A stretch of 64,000 nt of DNA from Heterodontus francisci. Taxonomy: Eukaryota. Of the stretch, positions 51,004-64,000 are shown piece after piece; within the stretch, counting starts at the first letter, position 1; each line of letters starts with the position of its first letter. Below the pieces are notes generated by a model. It was not told the origin of the DNA and ran no database searches. It was given only the letters and a program-made list of their open reading frames with translations. The position numbers and the translations under genes are program-made. Location of the stretch: the NCBI RefSeq assembly GCF_036365525.1, contig NC_090386.1, positions 40,161,360 through 40,225,359 on the forward strand, in the 5' to 3' direction.

Positions 51004-51716
51004 ACTTATTTTAGCTATGCTGCTTATTCTGATTCCATCAAAAAGAAATAAGACATGAATGTTCCCAGAATTGGAAGCATAGGGGTCAAGACAGCCGGCA
51101 GCAGTGACAAATGAACTTTCAGAACGTGTTCGCGTCATTAGGACCACTGGGAATCCTTTGTAATAAATTTGTTGCATTTGAGTTTTTCCAGTGATGAAAG
51201 AGTAGCTACTTTAGTACCAAGTTTAGGCAGGCATTATGTTTTCTGGTTATTCCAATCTATAATTGGAAAGACTTTCATAGAACCATGCAGTTCGCCATGA
51301 TGGCACAAAAGGAACACGTTTTGCACTGTTTTGTTTCCCAGAAGGGAAAACATTGAGACTAAGACCCTCAAAAAGTGATTCAAATTAAACATCAATATCT
51401 CATTCTGAATGATAAAGTATTGAGGTTGGAAACAGAATCACAGCAAATTTAACTGCTGGACTCTTCAACCATCTATGCACAATTCGACATAAACAGTGAT
51501 GACTTTTATGACAGCTTAAAACTGAAAGTACCTTTACGTATGATTAGCAAAAGGGCTGTCTTGGATTTTGAACATAGAATAACATTCTGCCAGCAGTATA
51601 TGCTCCGTTGAAAGCCTTGTGATTCTACACACAACCAAATCAACTATTTTTCCTCATGTCTTGGTGCTGCAGACAGATTTGAGAGAGAACTGAAACCCCA
51701 GTTCCCTTCCCATTAC

Positions 51717-52770
51717 TGTCCGTAATCAGTACGTTCTTGACAAGGAAGGTGTTTGTTTCTTAAACCCTTAGTGGATGGCCAATTTGAATAACCAGCAGCA
51801 TGCTTTTCCTGGTTTTAAATAAAAACGATTATGTTTATTCACACGTTTACCCTGAAAGTCTAACACTACATCACTCACTCATCACTCACTCACACACACA
51901 CACACACTCGAGAAATAAAGAGGATAGTGCACTTTTACAAATTGCGAACAGTTAGTAAGTCACATGATTTGGCTCATCTTGGAGAAAAAGCATATGTTGC
52001 TGGCCTAGTGAAGAAGGCATTTTCAGTCCTGAAGGGTAGTTAGGTGAGTTCGATAGCCAGAGTCATATATCAAAGCCGTTGCAGGGTTCTCTCGAAGAGG
52101 TGGTTTTTCAGCAGGTCACAAAGTTAGGTGCTTGTAGTCTTTTACCAGGAGGTCAGTTTTCTATACTGATGGACTTGTAAAGGAACAGGCTTGGAGACCT
52201 TAAGATTTTATAGCCTTCGGTTTTTTTAAGGCATAATGGTGCTGCCTTGTCTGTTTTCTCTGCAGCTGTTGTTTGCTGACTGACCAATTTCTCCTGGGTG
52301 CTTGGCCTAATCAGATCCATTATATGTGTTTAGTTTCAGTTGTGACCACCTTCTTTTGGTCCAACAAGAACAATTTGAAGTTTGAAGCTATTGCTACGCA
52401 ATGGGGGATGGATGGTGGCCATTCACACCTACTTATGATTTAACTGGTTTCTTACAGCTCTCTTTAAGTTTCAAGCTCGGAAACACTGAGTCTAGGAGTC
52501 CATAGATAGTGAGTTTTGGGTCAGACCACAAACGGTAGGAAGTGTGAATTCCATAAATGGTTTCATCTTGGTATGCCCATTCAAGGTAGGCACTCCACCC
52601 ATAGTCATTCAATTGCAAAAATCATCTGGCTGTCGGCAGCCATCTTATGCAGCCCTTTTAATGTCCATTGTTGTGCATTTATAAAAAAGCAAATGCAATT
52701 CCAGAAGAGTTTATGTTGAATATGGCCCATGTTTAAAGTGATGATTGGGCCTTTACTGTCCAAGCTGACA
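51717..52770. mobile_element. Possible solo-LTR-like element
   Basis: TGT...ACA bounded non-coding block with an internal (CA)n tract; no TSD confirmed. Confidence 0.3.
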
Positions 52771-52977
52771 AGGTAGAAATGACTCAAAGCCATTATTGTA
52801 TGCTCCTGATGCGCTGACACAACACTGCTTACTTTGTTGTAATGATACAGGTGTTATCCCTTTTAAAATAATTTACACTCTCACCTGTTTTCGTCCTATT
52901 TTTCTTTTAGGCTTTCTTTTTATCTCTATTTATAGTAATCTAGTCACTGAAAGACATTGCTATTTTAGTGAAACAGA

Positions 52978-53709
52978 GGCTGCAATTTTCCCGGCCCATT
53001 GATGACAGCCTGGGAGACGGGAGGGCTGTCAAAATGGTGGGGGAAGACGTTGGAGGGGAGCCCGACATCTTCCTGCCACCATGCTATATTTCCAGCAGCG
53101 AGAGAGTTGATGACTCTGCCACCTGCTGAGTGACCAATTGAGTCACTTAAACAGCCAATTAAGGGCCACCTCCTGCCTCTGCGGGCATTTTATCTGCATA
53201 TGGAGGGTTACCTGTCGCCGCGTGGGGAACTGCCCAACGACACATGACAGCCTCCCGACGGGCTCCAGGGGAGGGAGGGCCTTCCTTCATGTGCATGCCC
53301 ATGGCCTATGAAGGGGGCAATGGTGACAATGGCCACCCTCATAACAACAGCACCACGGGTGCTTCACGACCCCCACACTCCCAGGCCAGGCTTCTCCCAA
53401 CCTACCTGAATTCTCTTCGAGGGTGCCTCGCCATTGAGTCACCCTCTCTGGAGCTGCAGCCTCAGCAATGGCCACCACTAGCAGTGGTGCTGCTGAGCCG
53501 CTAGCCCTCTGATTGGGTCAGCAGCTCTTCGGGGCAGCAGGTCTTGGGGGCAGGCTATTGTCCTTAATTGGATGATGGCCCCAGCGGTGACCTGTTAATT
53601 GTCCGACTGCAAAATGCCATCCTGAGTCCCGACGCCCGCTCAAGCAGGGTCGTTTCCTTCTTTTGGCCCCGACGGCAGCACTTACTGGTAATCGGTAAAA
53701 ATTCATCCC
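52978..53709. mobile_element. PIF/Harbinger-type MITE
   Basis: GGCTGCAATTTT / AAAATTCATCCC; TSD AGA at 52975-52977 and 53710-53712. Confidence 0.82.
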
Positions 53710-55023
53710 AGAATTTCTGCCAGTCTTCCAGGATTGGAAGAACCCTTGTGGAATTTCCAGGCTTAACACTTCCATTTTAACTTCTATTTTTAACTATGTT
53801 GCTCTGAAGCTCTGGGCGATCCTGAAATAAAGAGGCACTTACTGAACTCTCCAGTTATTTCTTGTTTTCATATTTGATGTTTTAAACTGTTAGGCTGAAG
53901 CAGCAGATGTTTTACTATGGGAGGTTCATCACAGGTGTCGGCAATGTGTCTGTGGTAAAACATTTTGAGGTCCGTGGCTGGTCATTTCAGGGATGAGAAA
54001 CTCCTGTCAAATGGCGGATTTCCGACCTTGGGATTTCAGAAATCTGCCATTGGCTTCTTCTTTCTGACCAGACTGGCTTTAAGAAAAAATCACAACTATC
54101 AGTTTCACAGCTGACAGGTGCTGAGAGTAGGAACAGTGCTTCTGAACTTTGGAGAGCTTCATGGTTTTCTGGCGGATTCCAATTTTTTTTTAAAAGCCTT
54201 GCGGAAAACCACGAAGCTGTCCTGCAATGAGGCCGTCAGGTATTACTGGGTGACCTCCACAGCTGATGAAGTGCCCGGCTGCCGGTGGTAACATACGAGC
54301 AGCATCAGGAGCTGCGAATTGGCCACTTAAGGGTCTCAATTGGCCTGGGGCGGGCAGGCCATTTGTCACCTACCCCACCTTTCATAAAATTGCAGCCTGG
54401 GTGAGAAGCCGATGGAATCATCACCCCACTGCCTCCCACTCAGTTTTACACCTCTAGCCTCCAGCCTGCTCCTGCAGTGGGTGTAAAATTCAGGCCATGG
54501 TGTAGCTAGCTCTATTCTGTCAATGAAAGTAATTCACATTTGCATTGCATACTATTTTGCTTGCTAGCTAGCTAATACAGTTGTGCTGCTCTCCATTGAT
54601 GTTTGTATGCTTAGCTACTTTATAGAAAGAAATGTGCTTTAAATCGAATTGTATTTTGGTGGCATTAGGTTGAATATACACTTTATATGCAGATTAATTA
54701 CCCCCATGTCCGTGGCTGAGTCGAAAATTTTGTCAAATCTCCGTGGTGCAACATCAGTGCCTATCCCTGGTTCGTCATGATATTATGAACAGGGATAATG
54801 GGCCATGGGTGATGTTTCCACAGTTGTGATGTAATATGGGCGCATTCCAACAAGCAGCCAATTCCTCGCTGTTGTGAACCAAATGTGCAGTTATCTTTCT
54901 TTCAATCATTTAACAACAAGAGCCAAATCAGATGACTTTCATTGAATAGAACCTGACTGAATTAACCCAGTCTCAAATGCCATCTGTATGAGACCCATAC
55001 TAACATTTGTCACTTTGTTCTAG

Positions 55024-55159
55024 TTTTGAGGTGCTATGGAATTCCCACTCGGCCCATTACAAATTTCAATTCTGCTCATGACACGGAGCAAAATCTGAGA
55101 ATTGACAGTTTCATCGATGCGAATGGAAAATCTTTAAAAGAATCAAAAGATAGTGTCTG
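55024..55159 (+). CDS. TGM2: Transglutaminase 2-like, exon 7 equivalent (not in the ORF track)
   Basis: Acceptor tttgttctag|TT, donor GTCTG|gtaagt; 136 nt; (V)[44 protein letters not shown](W), matching the TGase LRCxGIP..TNxNSAHD motif and the expected phases. Confidence 0.94.
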
Positions 55160-55748
55160 GTAAGTTTCACCACTGCATATACTGCATAAATTCATTTGCA
55201 AAGTGCAATAAAGATTGATGAACTTGGCACGATCTTTTCAGAGGAACAGTTAATGGTTCTGAATTCTTAAGAATGAGGTTAGGGATTGTTAATCTACTTC
55301 TTCACTCCATGGCCTGATAGTGGCCTTTATTATTACCGCAAACATTAAAATAAAGATCCACTTCATGCAAGAACAGAGGAAGTTCTGCTATTTAAAGAAT
55401 GTCGCAGAGACAGGAAGACCATAATGTTACCACTCAAGAATTTGCCATACTTCAAAAAGATACATTATATTTTCTGGGTGTTTTTGTTTGTGGTTATCAA
55501 GTTTTGCGATGTCAGTGTTGGAAAACAGAACATGTCCAATTTTTCAACTAACTAGGTAGCTCCGTGGAGAGTCAGCATAGACTCGATGGGCCAGATGGCC
55601 TCCTTCTGTGCCATAAATGACACTATGGCTCTGTGATTGGCAGCACTGTTCAGCCAGGTATAGCAAAGGTTAATGAGAAGTTAGGCTCTAGCTGCACTAT
55701 CCCAACATTGTACCTCATCCCCAGCACTGGATGTGTGTCTGAGACATA

Positions 55749-58352
55749 GACCTGGATTTGAGCCCAAGATAAGTTCCTTGCTGTGGGGCTGTTGGGAGGT
55801 CAGGATGTGCGGAAAAATGATTTTCCTGAATATGCGGCAGTTTTTATATGCAGAGCTATTTTAAATTTTTTGTTGTTGTGTACTGGCAACCTGATTGACA
55901 GATTAGACTGCTGTCAGGCAGGAAGCCTGCTTCACAAGGCTCAGCTTATGAGAGCTGGTAGGTACAGTGGAGAAGTGGGAGAGAACCTGCTTTCTACGAG
56001 AGGAATGGTCACTCGCTCCTCATCCCTCCTCCATATGAACTGGAATTTCCGGGGGGTGGGGTGGGGGCTGGGCGAGCGGAGGGAGATGGTTGAGGTGAGT
56101 TTGTTTTTTGTTCCAGAGTTTTTGCATTTTAACCTCTGACATGACCCCAATGCACCCATTTTGGGGAATTAAGATTCAGTCCATAGTTCTACCGCCCATA
56201 TCAGCCACCTTTGTAGTTCCCCTGACTGAGACTGTCAACTTATCAAGCGGGGCCAAATTGTGAGCAATTGTGTGCTGCAGGAGTTTTTTTTCTGGAGCTT
56301 TTTGTGGTGAGTTCCTGGATTTGCTGGAGACTGTAATTGACCTGTGTGCACAAAGGTAGTAACAGTTATGGGGCGGTAGCAATGCCAGTGCCTGTGGGTC
56401 TGCAGCATGACAGGAAGATGGAGTAGAGGCCGCGGCAAGCTCTACGCCATGCCCTCTGCCAATGGAGCTCGACTCCTCCATGCTCCTTGTCAGTTACAGG
56501 AGGCTATTTGACAGACCAGCCGATGTAGCCAGCATCCGCGTATGCATGCCCATTCACTGCTGTCTTTATCCTGAGTCCTCTGTAGCAGAACTCATCAGCC
56601 ACCTCACCTCTCATTGAGCTGGCAACCAAACCATCCTTTCCCCCAGCCTGGCTGTGGCCCACTTGTGCCTGGATGACTCACTGCGTGCTGGTCCCAACTC
56701 TATACTAGCCTCCAAGGTACATGCAGTGCCAGTATCTGAGCTGGTGGCTACGAGTGTCAGATCATTTGATGGGGCCTCTTCATTAGTGCTGTACTGTTGC
56801 TTTCTCTCTTCCTCCTGGGGCTGGGCAAGCAGCAGTTCTTGGGTGCCTAAGAGCAGGAACTCAGAAGGAGAAGGTTGGTGTGAGGGAAGGAGGGGTGGGG
56901 TGGGAAGCAGGAGATCCATGAATACACCATCTGCAACTTGCTCATCTGTCAGATAGCAGGCTGAGGGTGAGTTGGGAGCTGAGATGGGGCATAGGGCAGG
57001 AACATTCAATCATCATCAATGTTCTCAGTGAGCCTGGAGGCCATGGGCTATATTGCTGCTGGTCCCATGTTGCGGAGAACCATCTCCTCCATAGGGCTCA
57101 GGAGATGCAGGCATCTTGTCCCCCATCAGTTCTGCTCTGTTCCTTTCTATTGTGTGCCACCTTGTCCTGTAAGAGAGAGGGCAGAATATCAGTCATTGTT
57201 TGAGTGATGCGCTGGCCACAACTGAATAGCTGGAAGTATGTGGAGGAAGCGTGAGAAGGGTGTGAGGCTGGCAGAATTGTAAGCTGTGTGAAAGTAAGGT
57301 GGAGCATCTGGATAATAGATGTGAGTCCTGAGTGCCAGGGAGTGCTGCTGGGTGAGTGATGGGGGTAAGGTGCATTGAGCAGCGTGAGAGGCTGATGGTG
57401 TGGAAGGTAGGAGATATCCTTTGAAGATCAATAGCAAAATACTACGAATGCTGGAAATCTGAAACATAAACAGAAAATGCTAGAAATACTTAGCAGGTCT
57501 GGCAGCATCTGCCATTCAAACCTGCTGCAGGCACATCTTTTGTTTTTTTTACTTGTCCCATTCCCTTTGACCTTGAACCATGAAATATTTTGTTATTTAA
57601 TCTCTCCTGCCCGCCGCCCTATCACAGACTTTTGTTCTTCTTCCTCCTCCCCTCTTTCACTTGCTCAAAGCCTATCACATTTCTAACTTTTGCCAGTTTT
57701 GATGAAAGGTCACAGACCTGAAACATTAACTCTGTTTCTCCCTCCACCGATGCCACCAGACTTGTTGAGTATTTCTAGCATTTTCTGTTTTTGGTTCATG
57801 TGAAGATGAATTTACTGATGTTGCCCACCCACGTGAGGTCATTAGACTTGTTGTGGCACTGCTGCCAGGAATTGACCTTTCTGGCCACTTGCTTCCACTC
57901 CCTTCAGTGGGTGGTCCTTGAGGGCCTCTTGGCAGCCTGTGGAACCATGGTATCTCTCCTCCTAACCACCTCCACCACTAATTATTCCAGAAGCACATCC
58001 ATCACCCTGGAACTCTCTCTCTGCCATGGTGTTTGCTTTGCCATCATTTAAATTGCTGCAATATTCTTCAGTGCAGCTTCCTTTTAAGAGACACAGCCTG
58101 CCTTTAAGAAGAGCAGACTGGTTGCACCACCTGGTTTTTGGACAACGCTACTGGGCTCCCCTGCTGAGTGCAGAGGCAGCTGGCAGCATTGAGAAGACAG
58201 CAGCGGGGGACCCACTTGGCCACATACTACAATCATGCAGATGAGGTGGGTGCACCAAATTTGCATGCTGCCTACCTCGATCTGAACAAGAGGGGGCAGG
58301 TAATGAATCACGACCCCCTTGCTCAAAAATAGGGTAAGCCAATTTTTAACCC
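55749..58352 (-). mobile_element. Decayed Harbinger-type element with a spliced Myb/SANT-like ORF
   Basis: 58044-~57820: MAKQTPWQRESSRVMDVLLE*LVVEVVRRRDTMVPQAAKRPSRTTH*REWKQVARKVNSWQQCHNKSNDL; after acceptor ctcttacag at 57167: DKVAHNRKEQSRTDGG..LSPMEEMVL; further acceptor at 56847; degenerate TIR-like ends. Confidence 0.72.
57430..57792. mobile_element. Penelope pLTR derivative (inverted arrangement) nested in the Myb-ORF intron
   Basis: Minus partial repeat 57430-57510 then + copy with AGTT-TTGATGA-A-AGGTC-ACA-GACCT-GAAA-CATT-AACT at ~57695-57731. Confidence 0.78.
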
Positions 58353-58379
58353 ATTATATCTGTGCGTTCTTCAGGTGGA

Positions 58380-59035
58380 ATCATAAGTCCTTTAAAATAG
58401 TCCCGACCCTGCACTATCCGTCAGGGTGCCTGCCTGGGAGATCTTTCCAGAGGTGGCCAATTAAAAGGTCACTTCCGGATCCTCCATCCAATTAAGGATA
58501 GGTGGCGGATTCTGAGGCTGCAGGCCCAATCAGAGGGCCTGGAGGCTTGCAAGGATGGCAACCCCACTATCAGAGGTGGGCGCTGCTGCTGCAGGATGGG
58601 GACTGCGATGGTGCCTCCTTCATGAAATGGCCTCTGAAGAAGTTTGTGAGTTTTCAAGTTTACCTGTGGCCACAGCTTCCAGACCACCCCTGTGGAGGGG
58701 AAACCCCTCCACAGGATGACTGGCGACTGCAGCTGTGGCCCACTGATCCATGCTGCTCCGGCGGGGAGGTATTACAGGAGGCCTTGCAGGCCCCCTGCAC
58801 CCCCCACCCACTCCGACCTCCGGTCAGCCACCAGAAAACTGCCTTCAGGCACCTTCCAGGCTTTGGCCTCAATGGAGGGCCTGCCCGCTGCTGGGAAGTC
58901 ATGGCGGTGTCCTCAATCAGCCCACAAATGGGGCAGTTAATTGTTCAATTTCACTACTCACAGCTGCCAGATGGGTAAATATTCTTCTGGTCCCACCTTC
59001 AAGCCTGCCCCCATGAAACTTTGAAGATTCCACCC
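58380..59035. mobile_element. PIF/Harbinger-type MITE (degenerate)
   Basis: GC-rich body with family-like motifs; ends AAGATTCCACCC. Confidence 0.55.
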
Positions 59036-59348
59036 TTCCTGTGTGTGCCACTTAGCTTTCTGTTGCCATAATTTTGTCACATTTTTATGTTAACTTTTCT
59101 CTCTTCATTATATCTATACTTAATATGGATAGATTCTTAGAATCATAGAAACATGCAGCATGGAAGAAGGACACTTGGCACATCATGCCTTTGCTGACTC
59201 TTTGAAAGAGCAGTCATGCTTAGCCCCATATCCCCTTTTTTTTGTCTGTAACCCTGTAAGTTCTTCATCATCAAGTGCCTGTCTCACTGCCTCTTAAAAT
59301 TATTTATGGAATCAGCTTCCACTACCTTTTCAGGTAGAGCTTACCATA

Positions 59349-59587
59349 TAATAAAAGCAAAATACTGCGGATGCTGGAAATCTGAAATAAAAACAAGAAA
59401 TGCTGGAACCACTCAGCAGGTCTGGCATCATCTGTGGAAAGAGAAGCAGAGTTAACGTTTCGGGTCAGTGACCCTTCTTCGGAACTTGCAAATATTAGAA
59501 ATGTCAATGGTTATAAGCAAGTGAGGTGGGGGTGGGGCAAGAGATAACAAAGGAGAAGGTGTAGATTGGACAAGGCCACATAGCTGA
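59349..59587 (-). mobile_element. Penelope 3' terminal fragment with hammerhead motif
   Basis: Close reverse complement of ~26990-27190, with the same AGTTCCGAAGAAGGGTCACTGACCCGAAACGTTAACT motif. Confidence 0.88.
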
Positions 59588-60635
59588 GTCACACTTTATC
59601 AAACACCAGGTGCCAGATATTCACACAGATATATACCAATTCTAAATATCACACTAAAATAATGCTGTAGTTGTCAATTAGATTGTGGTGCATCACTTGC
59701 TGTATAAACTCAGTACTTACATGGATAACACGCCATTAAAACGTTCTCTAATCTTGCTGCTCTACTCGTGTAGCTATCCCCTTGCGCATCCCCTCCCCCA
59801 CCCCATATTATTGGGTATCATCCTGGCTTGTCTCTTTCTTCTGATTTTCCATGCATTCTATCGAAGCTCTGTAATCTCTTATCAGTGTCTCATTCCTTGG
59901 AACAACTCAGATCAGGAATGGAACACAGTGGAAATTCAGTCCTTATTTGCAACTCCAAATTCCTCCTCATTTTTTTTCTCCTTGAACATGCTTCCAGAAA
60001 AAAAAACGAGTTCCATATGCATCTTTTTTTAAAAAAAGATTTAAAAACACTTGCCATACCATTGTTGGCCTTTTAAGTGTGAACTATATCTAAATTGTAT
60101 TTGTGAAGCTAGTTGATGAAATTAATCACAGAATCACAGAATTGTTACAATGCATGGGTTGTCTTTAGTTATCAGTGGCTGCCATTGGAAAAGCAGAAAC
60201 TAAAAACGCAAGTGTATAAGAAACCAAGTAAAAATTGTTCCAATAGCCTTAGAACCACTGCAAGATGAAGAAACTAAGACTGAATATCTTTAAGCTCTCC
60301 TTCACTGCTGTCTTAATCAGTTTGTCAGGCAAATGATAAGCTCCTGTTTAAAGGAGTTGAGTGCAGCAAGTTTCTAAATACATTCATATACAGTCAGTCA
60401 TCTTGCTATTTTTGGTTTTAGGCATAGGATCATGCAAACTGTTTGCCTCAAAAATATCCATGGTCACTTGCTTTGGCGCCAATGGATTCACATATTCCAG
60501 CCTACTTATCATGTGTTCTATTAATATATCAGCTTTATTCCTCTATTGAGTTCTCCACATACCCTGCACTTTAGTACACATATTATGATGTGATATCACA
60601 CTTATTTCACCATATATCCAGAAGAACAGTCATTG

Positions 60636-60784
60636 GGGCTAATTTTGGTTGATAGTGTAAAACTGTGATATGGGTCAATCGTTCGTTATACATCTTTCCC
60701 GATTTTCATTTCCATTAACATTAATAAAATGAAAAATTGGGAGAGATGTGCAATGAATGGCTGATTTCACAGTCAAATTGCCCT
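60636..60784. mobile_element. Short old foldback MITE
   Basis: GGGGCTAATTTT..AAATTGCCC with internal inverted ACATCTTTCCCGATTTT / AAAATTGGGAGAGATGT; related half copy at ~1175-1272. Confidence 0.55.
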
Positions 60785-61398
60785 CTTTACACCTTTCTTC
60801 ACTATTCCCAATACAACTGGCCACTGAACAGCTCATTTCCAACAGGCAGCTTTACTCAGTAATGTTTTAAATGTGTAGGGAAAAGGTTTCCTCTGCACTG
60901 TGTTTAGAAAAACCAGGTTCCAATTACATTACACACAGTGGAGAGGGGAAATCTTCCTCACATAGCATGATTCTAATTAGAAATGATGCTGGTACAAAAT
61001 GTTGGGCTGCTGGAAACTATTATATTTCTGGTGTAGTGGTTTCCTGAGATTAGTACCCATGAAATAGAAACACTAACTTAACTTTTAGAGAACTGCTGCT
61101 TTAGTAGTATTCAGGCAGCTGAACCAGAAAATAGGCCTCGACCCTGAATAGCTGACTCCCAGCCAGCACTGGGAGTTACTGCAGGACCTTGTAAAGGATA
61201 GAGTCTCATGTCACTTATTACAAAGTGAGTGCTGAAGATAGAGCAGATACTCCCTAAGGAGGGAATCCTCATGAACCAGGCCTTCCAGAGGACTGATAGA
61301 TCTTTGAAAACCTGTTAAATAGTGTGTGGAGACCACTTTTGGGATGCAGGCCAGGGACACAGCTTGGACTCCATAGGATTTATTACAGCTAAAAGAAT

Positions 61399-62032
61399 GG
61401 GCAGAATTTTACCCCCTTCCCCACCCCGGTGGTGGGTGGAAGGCAGTGAGCTACTGGTAGAGCAGTGAGGAGCCGCATTGGGACTGGTCCCTGAAGCAGT
61501 CCCGTTGCTGGGGAATTTTCCCAGCAGCAGGACCAGATGTGGTGTGGCTGTCCACTGCATATTAAAGGATTTATTAAAGACCATTTTACGAAGCTGTCAA
61601 CATTTTGCCGATGGCAGTGCGGACCCCTGTGGCAGCCTGGGTGGCAATCGGAGCCAGAGGCTCCATGGCCCAAAGCGGGGGCTGAGGTCAGGGAAGGCAG
61701 CCCCTGTAACCCCACTGATCTCCCGGGAGGGATTTCCTCTCCAACACTCAACCTCCTGAATTATTCTTTTCTTTTTACTTACCTGACGGTGTCTCCTGCC
61801 TGCCTCAGTAGTGATCATCATTCTCCGTGGTGCTGATGAGGCTTCAGAGCTGCCAGCTCTCTAATTGGGTCAGCAACATCAGGAGCCCACCCACTGTCCT
61901 TAATTAGGAGCTCAATTAGGAGACCATCTTCAAGAAAATCGCAAAGCCTGTCCCGCTGCCAACTAGTGTGGGCTCTGGACCCGCTTTTCACCCTGAAACT
62001 GGGATCCAGAAGCCCGCAGTAAAATTCAGGCC
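61399..62032. mobile_element. PIF/Harbinger-type MITE
   Basis: GGGCAGAATTTT / AAAATTCAGGCC; flanks AAT/TAT. Confidence 0.78.
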
Positions 62033-62789
62033 TATATTTCAGCTGGAGGGCAGTGAGCTGCCAATATTTGGCTTCATGGGGTGTGGGGGAGGGACATGAT
62101 GGGCATCGCCAAAACCAGACCACTATCCACCAAGATTCCCGCTCTCTTGGGGTAGGTGGGCTCCCGAGATGTTCCCTAAGTGAACCAGGGGCCTACCAGC
62201 CTCAAGTAATGAGGTGACCTGCGATTGACTCCACAAGCTCAAACATAGCCACTGGTGGATGCATCCTAACACTTATTCCAAGGATGTTGGCTCTTTCAAT
62301 TTATGACCCTACATGTTTTATGAATCATTGATTTAAAACAAAGCAACGAAATAGTTTCCTATAATTTGGCCTTCTTATTGACTATCAAAGGGTATTCAGT
62401 GCAGAATAGATATCCGAATCTGAGGAATCAACACCAACAGGTTGAAACGGTAAATTGGCACATTTTCAACACAAAATGTGTGTGCGATGTGGAAGACAGA
62501 AGGCCAGGACTGAGTACTGGGATGCATAAATATGCTAAAGTTTATTTGGTGACCTTTGCGAAACTTTCCTTCAGTAGAATAAATAGGTGGGATGGAGACC
62601 ATGATGACATGGATAGCATGTAGCCTGTAGAAGGAAGAGCTTGATGGCAGAATAGCTTGTTTTAATTTGATGTATTTTTAAGGACATAGTGGGTGGGGCA
62701 TAATCTTCTTTGAAAATATGGAAGCTCCTACATTCCAGTTCTTTAGATTTCACTGTTGAATCTTTTTACAGACTTATCCTTTGCATCCC

Positions 62790-64000
62790 AGGTTGCGAAA
62801 GGAAGTGGGAGTGGAGATCGAGAAGGGTTTGCCATAATCTTCCAATATCCCCTAGATACAAGGGAGGTGCCAGAGGATTTTAAAGTGGCAAATGTGACAC
62901 CTTTGTTCAATAAAGGGTGTAAGGACATTCCTAGTAACTACAGGACATTCAGTGGGTAAATTTTAGAAACAATAATCAGGGGGAAAATATTAACAGGCAC
63001 TTGGAAAGATTTGAGTTGATTAGGGAGAGCCAGTACAGATTTGTAAACGACAGATCGTGTTTGACTAATCTAATTGAATTTTTTGATGTAGTAACTGAGA
63101 AGATTGATGAAGGGAGTGTGGTGGATGTTGTCTATGTGGATTTTAAGAAAACTATTGATAAAGTACCACATGAAAGGCTGATACACAAAATTGATGCTCA
63201 TGGAATGGGAAGGTCAGTGTCAGCTTGGATCAAAAATTGGCTTTGGGACAGAAAACAGCAAGACGTGGTAAATGGTTGATTTTCACACTGGAGGATGGTA
63301 GATCGTGGTGTTCCCCAAGGGCCACCGATAGAACCATTGGTTTTTTTTACTATATATATGAATAACTTGGATATTGGAATACAGAATAAAATTTCAAAAT
63401 TTGCCGATGATACCAAAGTTAGAGGTGCGGCAAACAGTGAGGATGGTACCAATCAACTGCAACAGGACATAGGCAAGCTCGCAGAATGGACAGACAAGTG
63501 GCAGTTGGAATTTAATACAGAAAAGTGTCAGGTGATGCATTTTTGCAGAAGGGATAGGGAGAGGCAATATAGACTTAATGGCACAGTTCTGAAGAGTGCA
63601 CATGGACAGAAGTACCTGGGGGTTCATGTGCATAGATCTTTGAAGCGGCAAGACATATTAAGAGAGTAATTAGAAAAGCATATGTAATCTTGGGCTTCAT
63701 AAATAGAGGCATTGAGTTCAAAATCAGGAAAGTTATGCTGAACCTTTCTAAAGCTCTGGTTCAGCCACAGCTAGAATATTGCATTCAGTTCTGGTCACCA
63801 CATTTTAGGAAAGATGTGAAGCTTCTTGAGAGGGTGCGGTAGAGGTTAACCAGAATGGTTCCAGGGTTGGGGGAATTTAGTTGAAAGGTTAGGTTGGAGA
63901 AGCTGGGTTTGTTCTCCTTAGAGCAAAGCAGGTTGAGGGGAGATCTGTTAGAGGTGTTCAAGATTATGACAGTTTTAGATAAGTTGGACAAAAAAAAACT
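62790..64000 (+). mobile_element. CR1 LINE RT region, runs off the window end
   Basis: KVANVTPLF, SCLTNLIEFF, GVPQG, ISKFADDTK, KCQVMHF. Confidence 0.92.

Noticed and set aside
62366-62623. ORF considered as TGM2 exon 8
   Set aside because: No NFHxWxExWMxRPDL motif; exon 8 probably lies beyond the window.

Overview
Vertebrate genomic DNA. The repeat content (HE1-like SINEs, abundant CR1 LINEs, Penelope-like elements) suggests a cartilaginous fish, probably a shark; this is inference. One host gene is supported: five consecutive + strand exons of a tissue-transglutaminase (TGM2-like) gene, equivalent to human exons 3-7, with GT-AG sites, compatible phases and the catalytic GQCWVF Cys. Exons 1-2 and 8 onward were not found in the window. 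The introns (up to 22 kb) are filled with nested mobile DNA: CR1 LINEs; a second LINE family that appears to lack ORF1, plus a SINE sharing both of its ends; a young RTE fragment; Penelope-like elements and derivatives carrying minimal hammerhead-ribozyme motifs; a decayed Helitron helicase; PIF/Harbinger-type MITEs with Myb/SANT ORF relics; LTR-like segments; and a 21-bp minisatellite. Most striking: two different MITE copies sit exactly at the predicted cleavage triplet of Penelope hammerhead motifs. Exon and TSD coordinates were read base by base; other repeat boundaries are approximate, and family names come from recognition, not database search.
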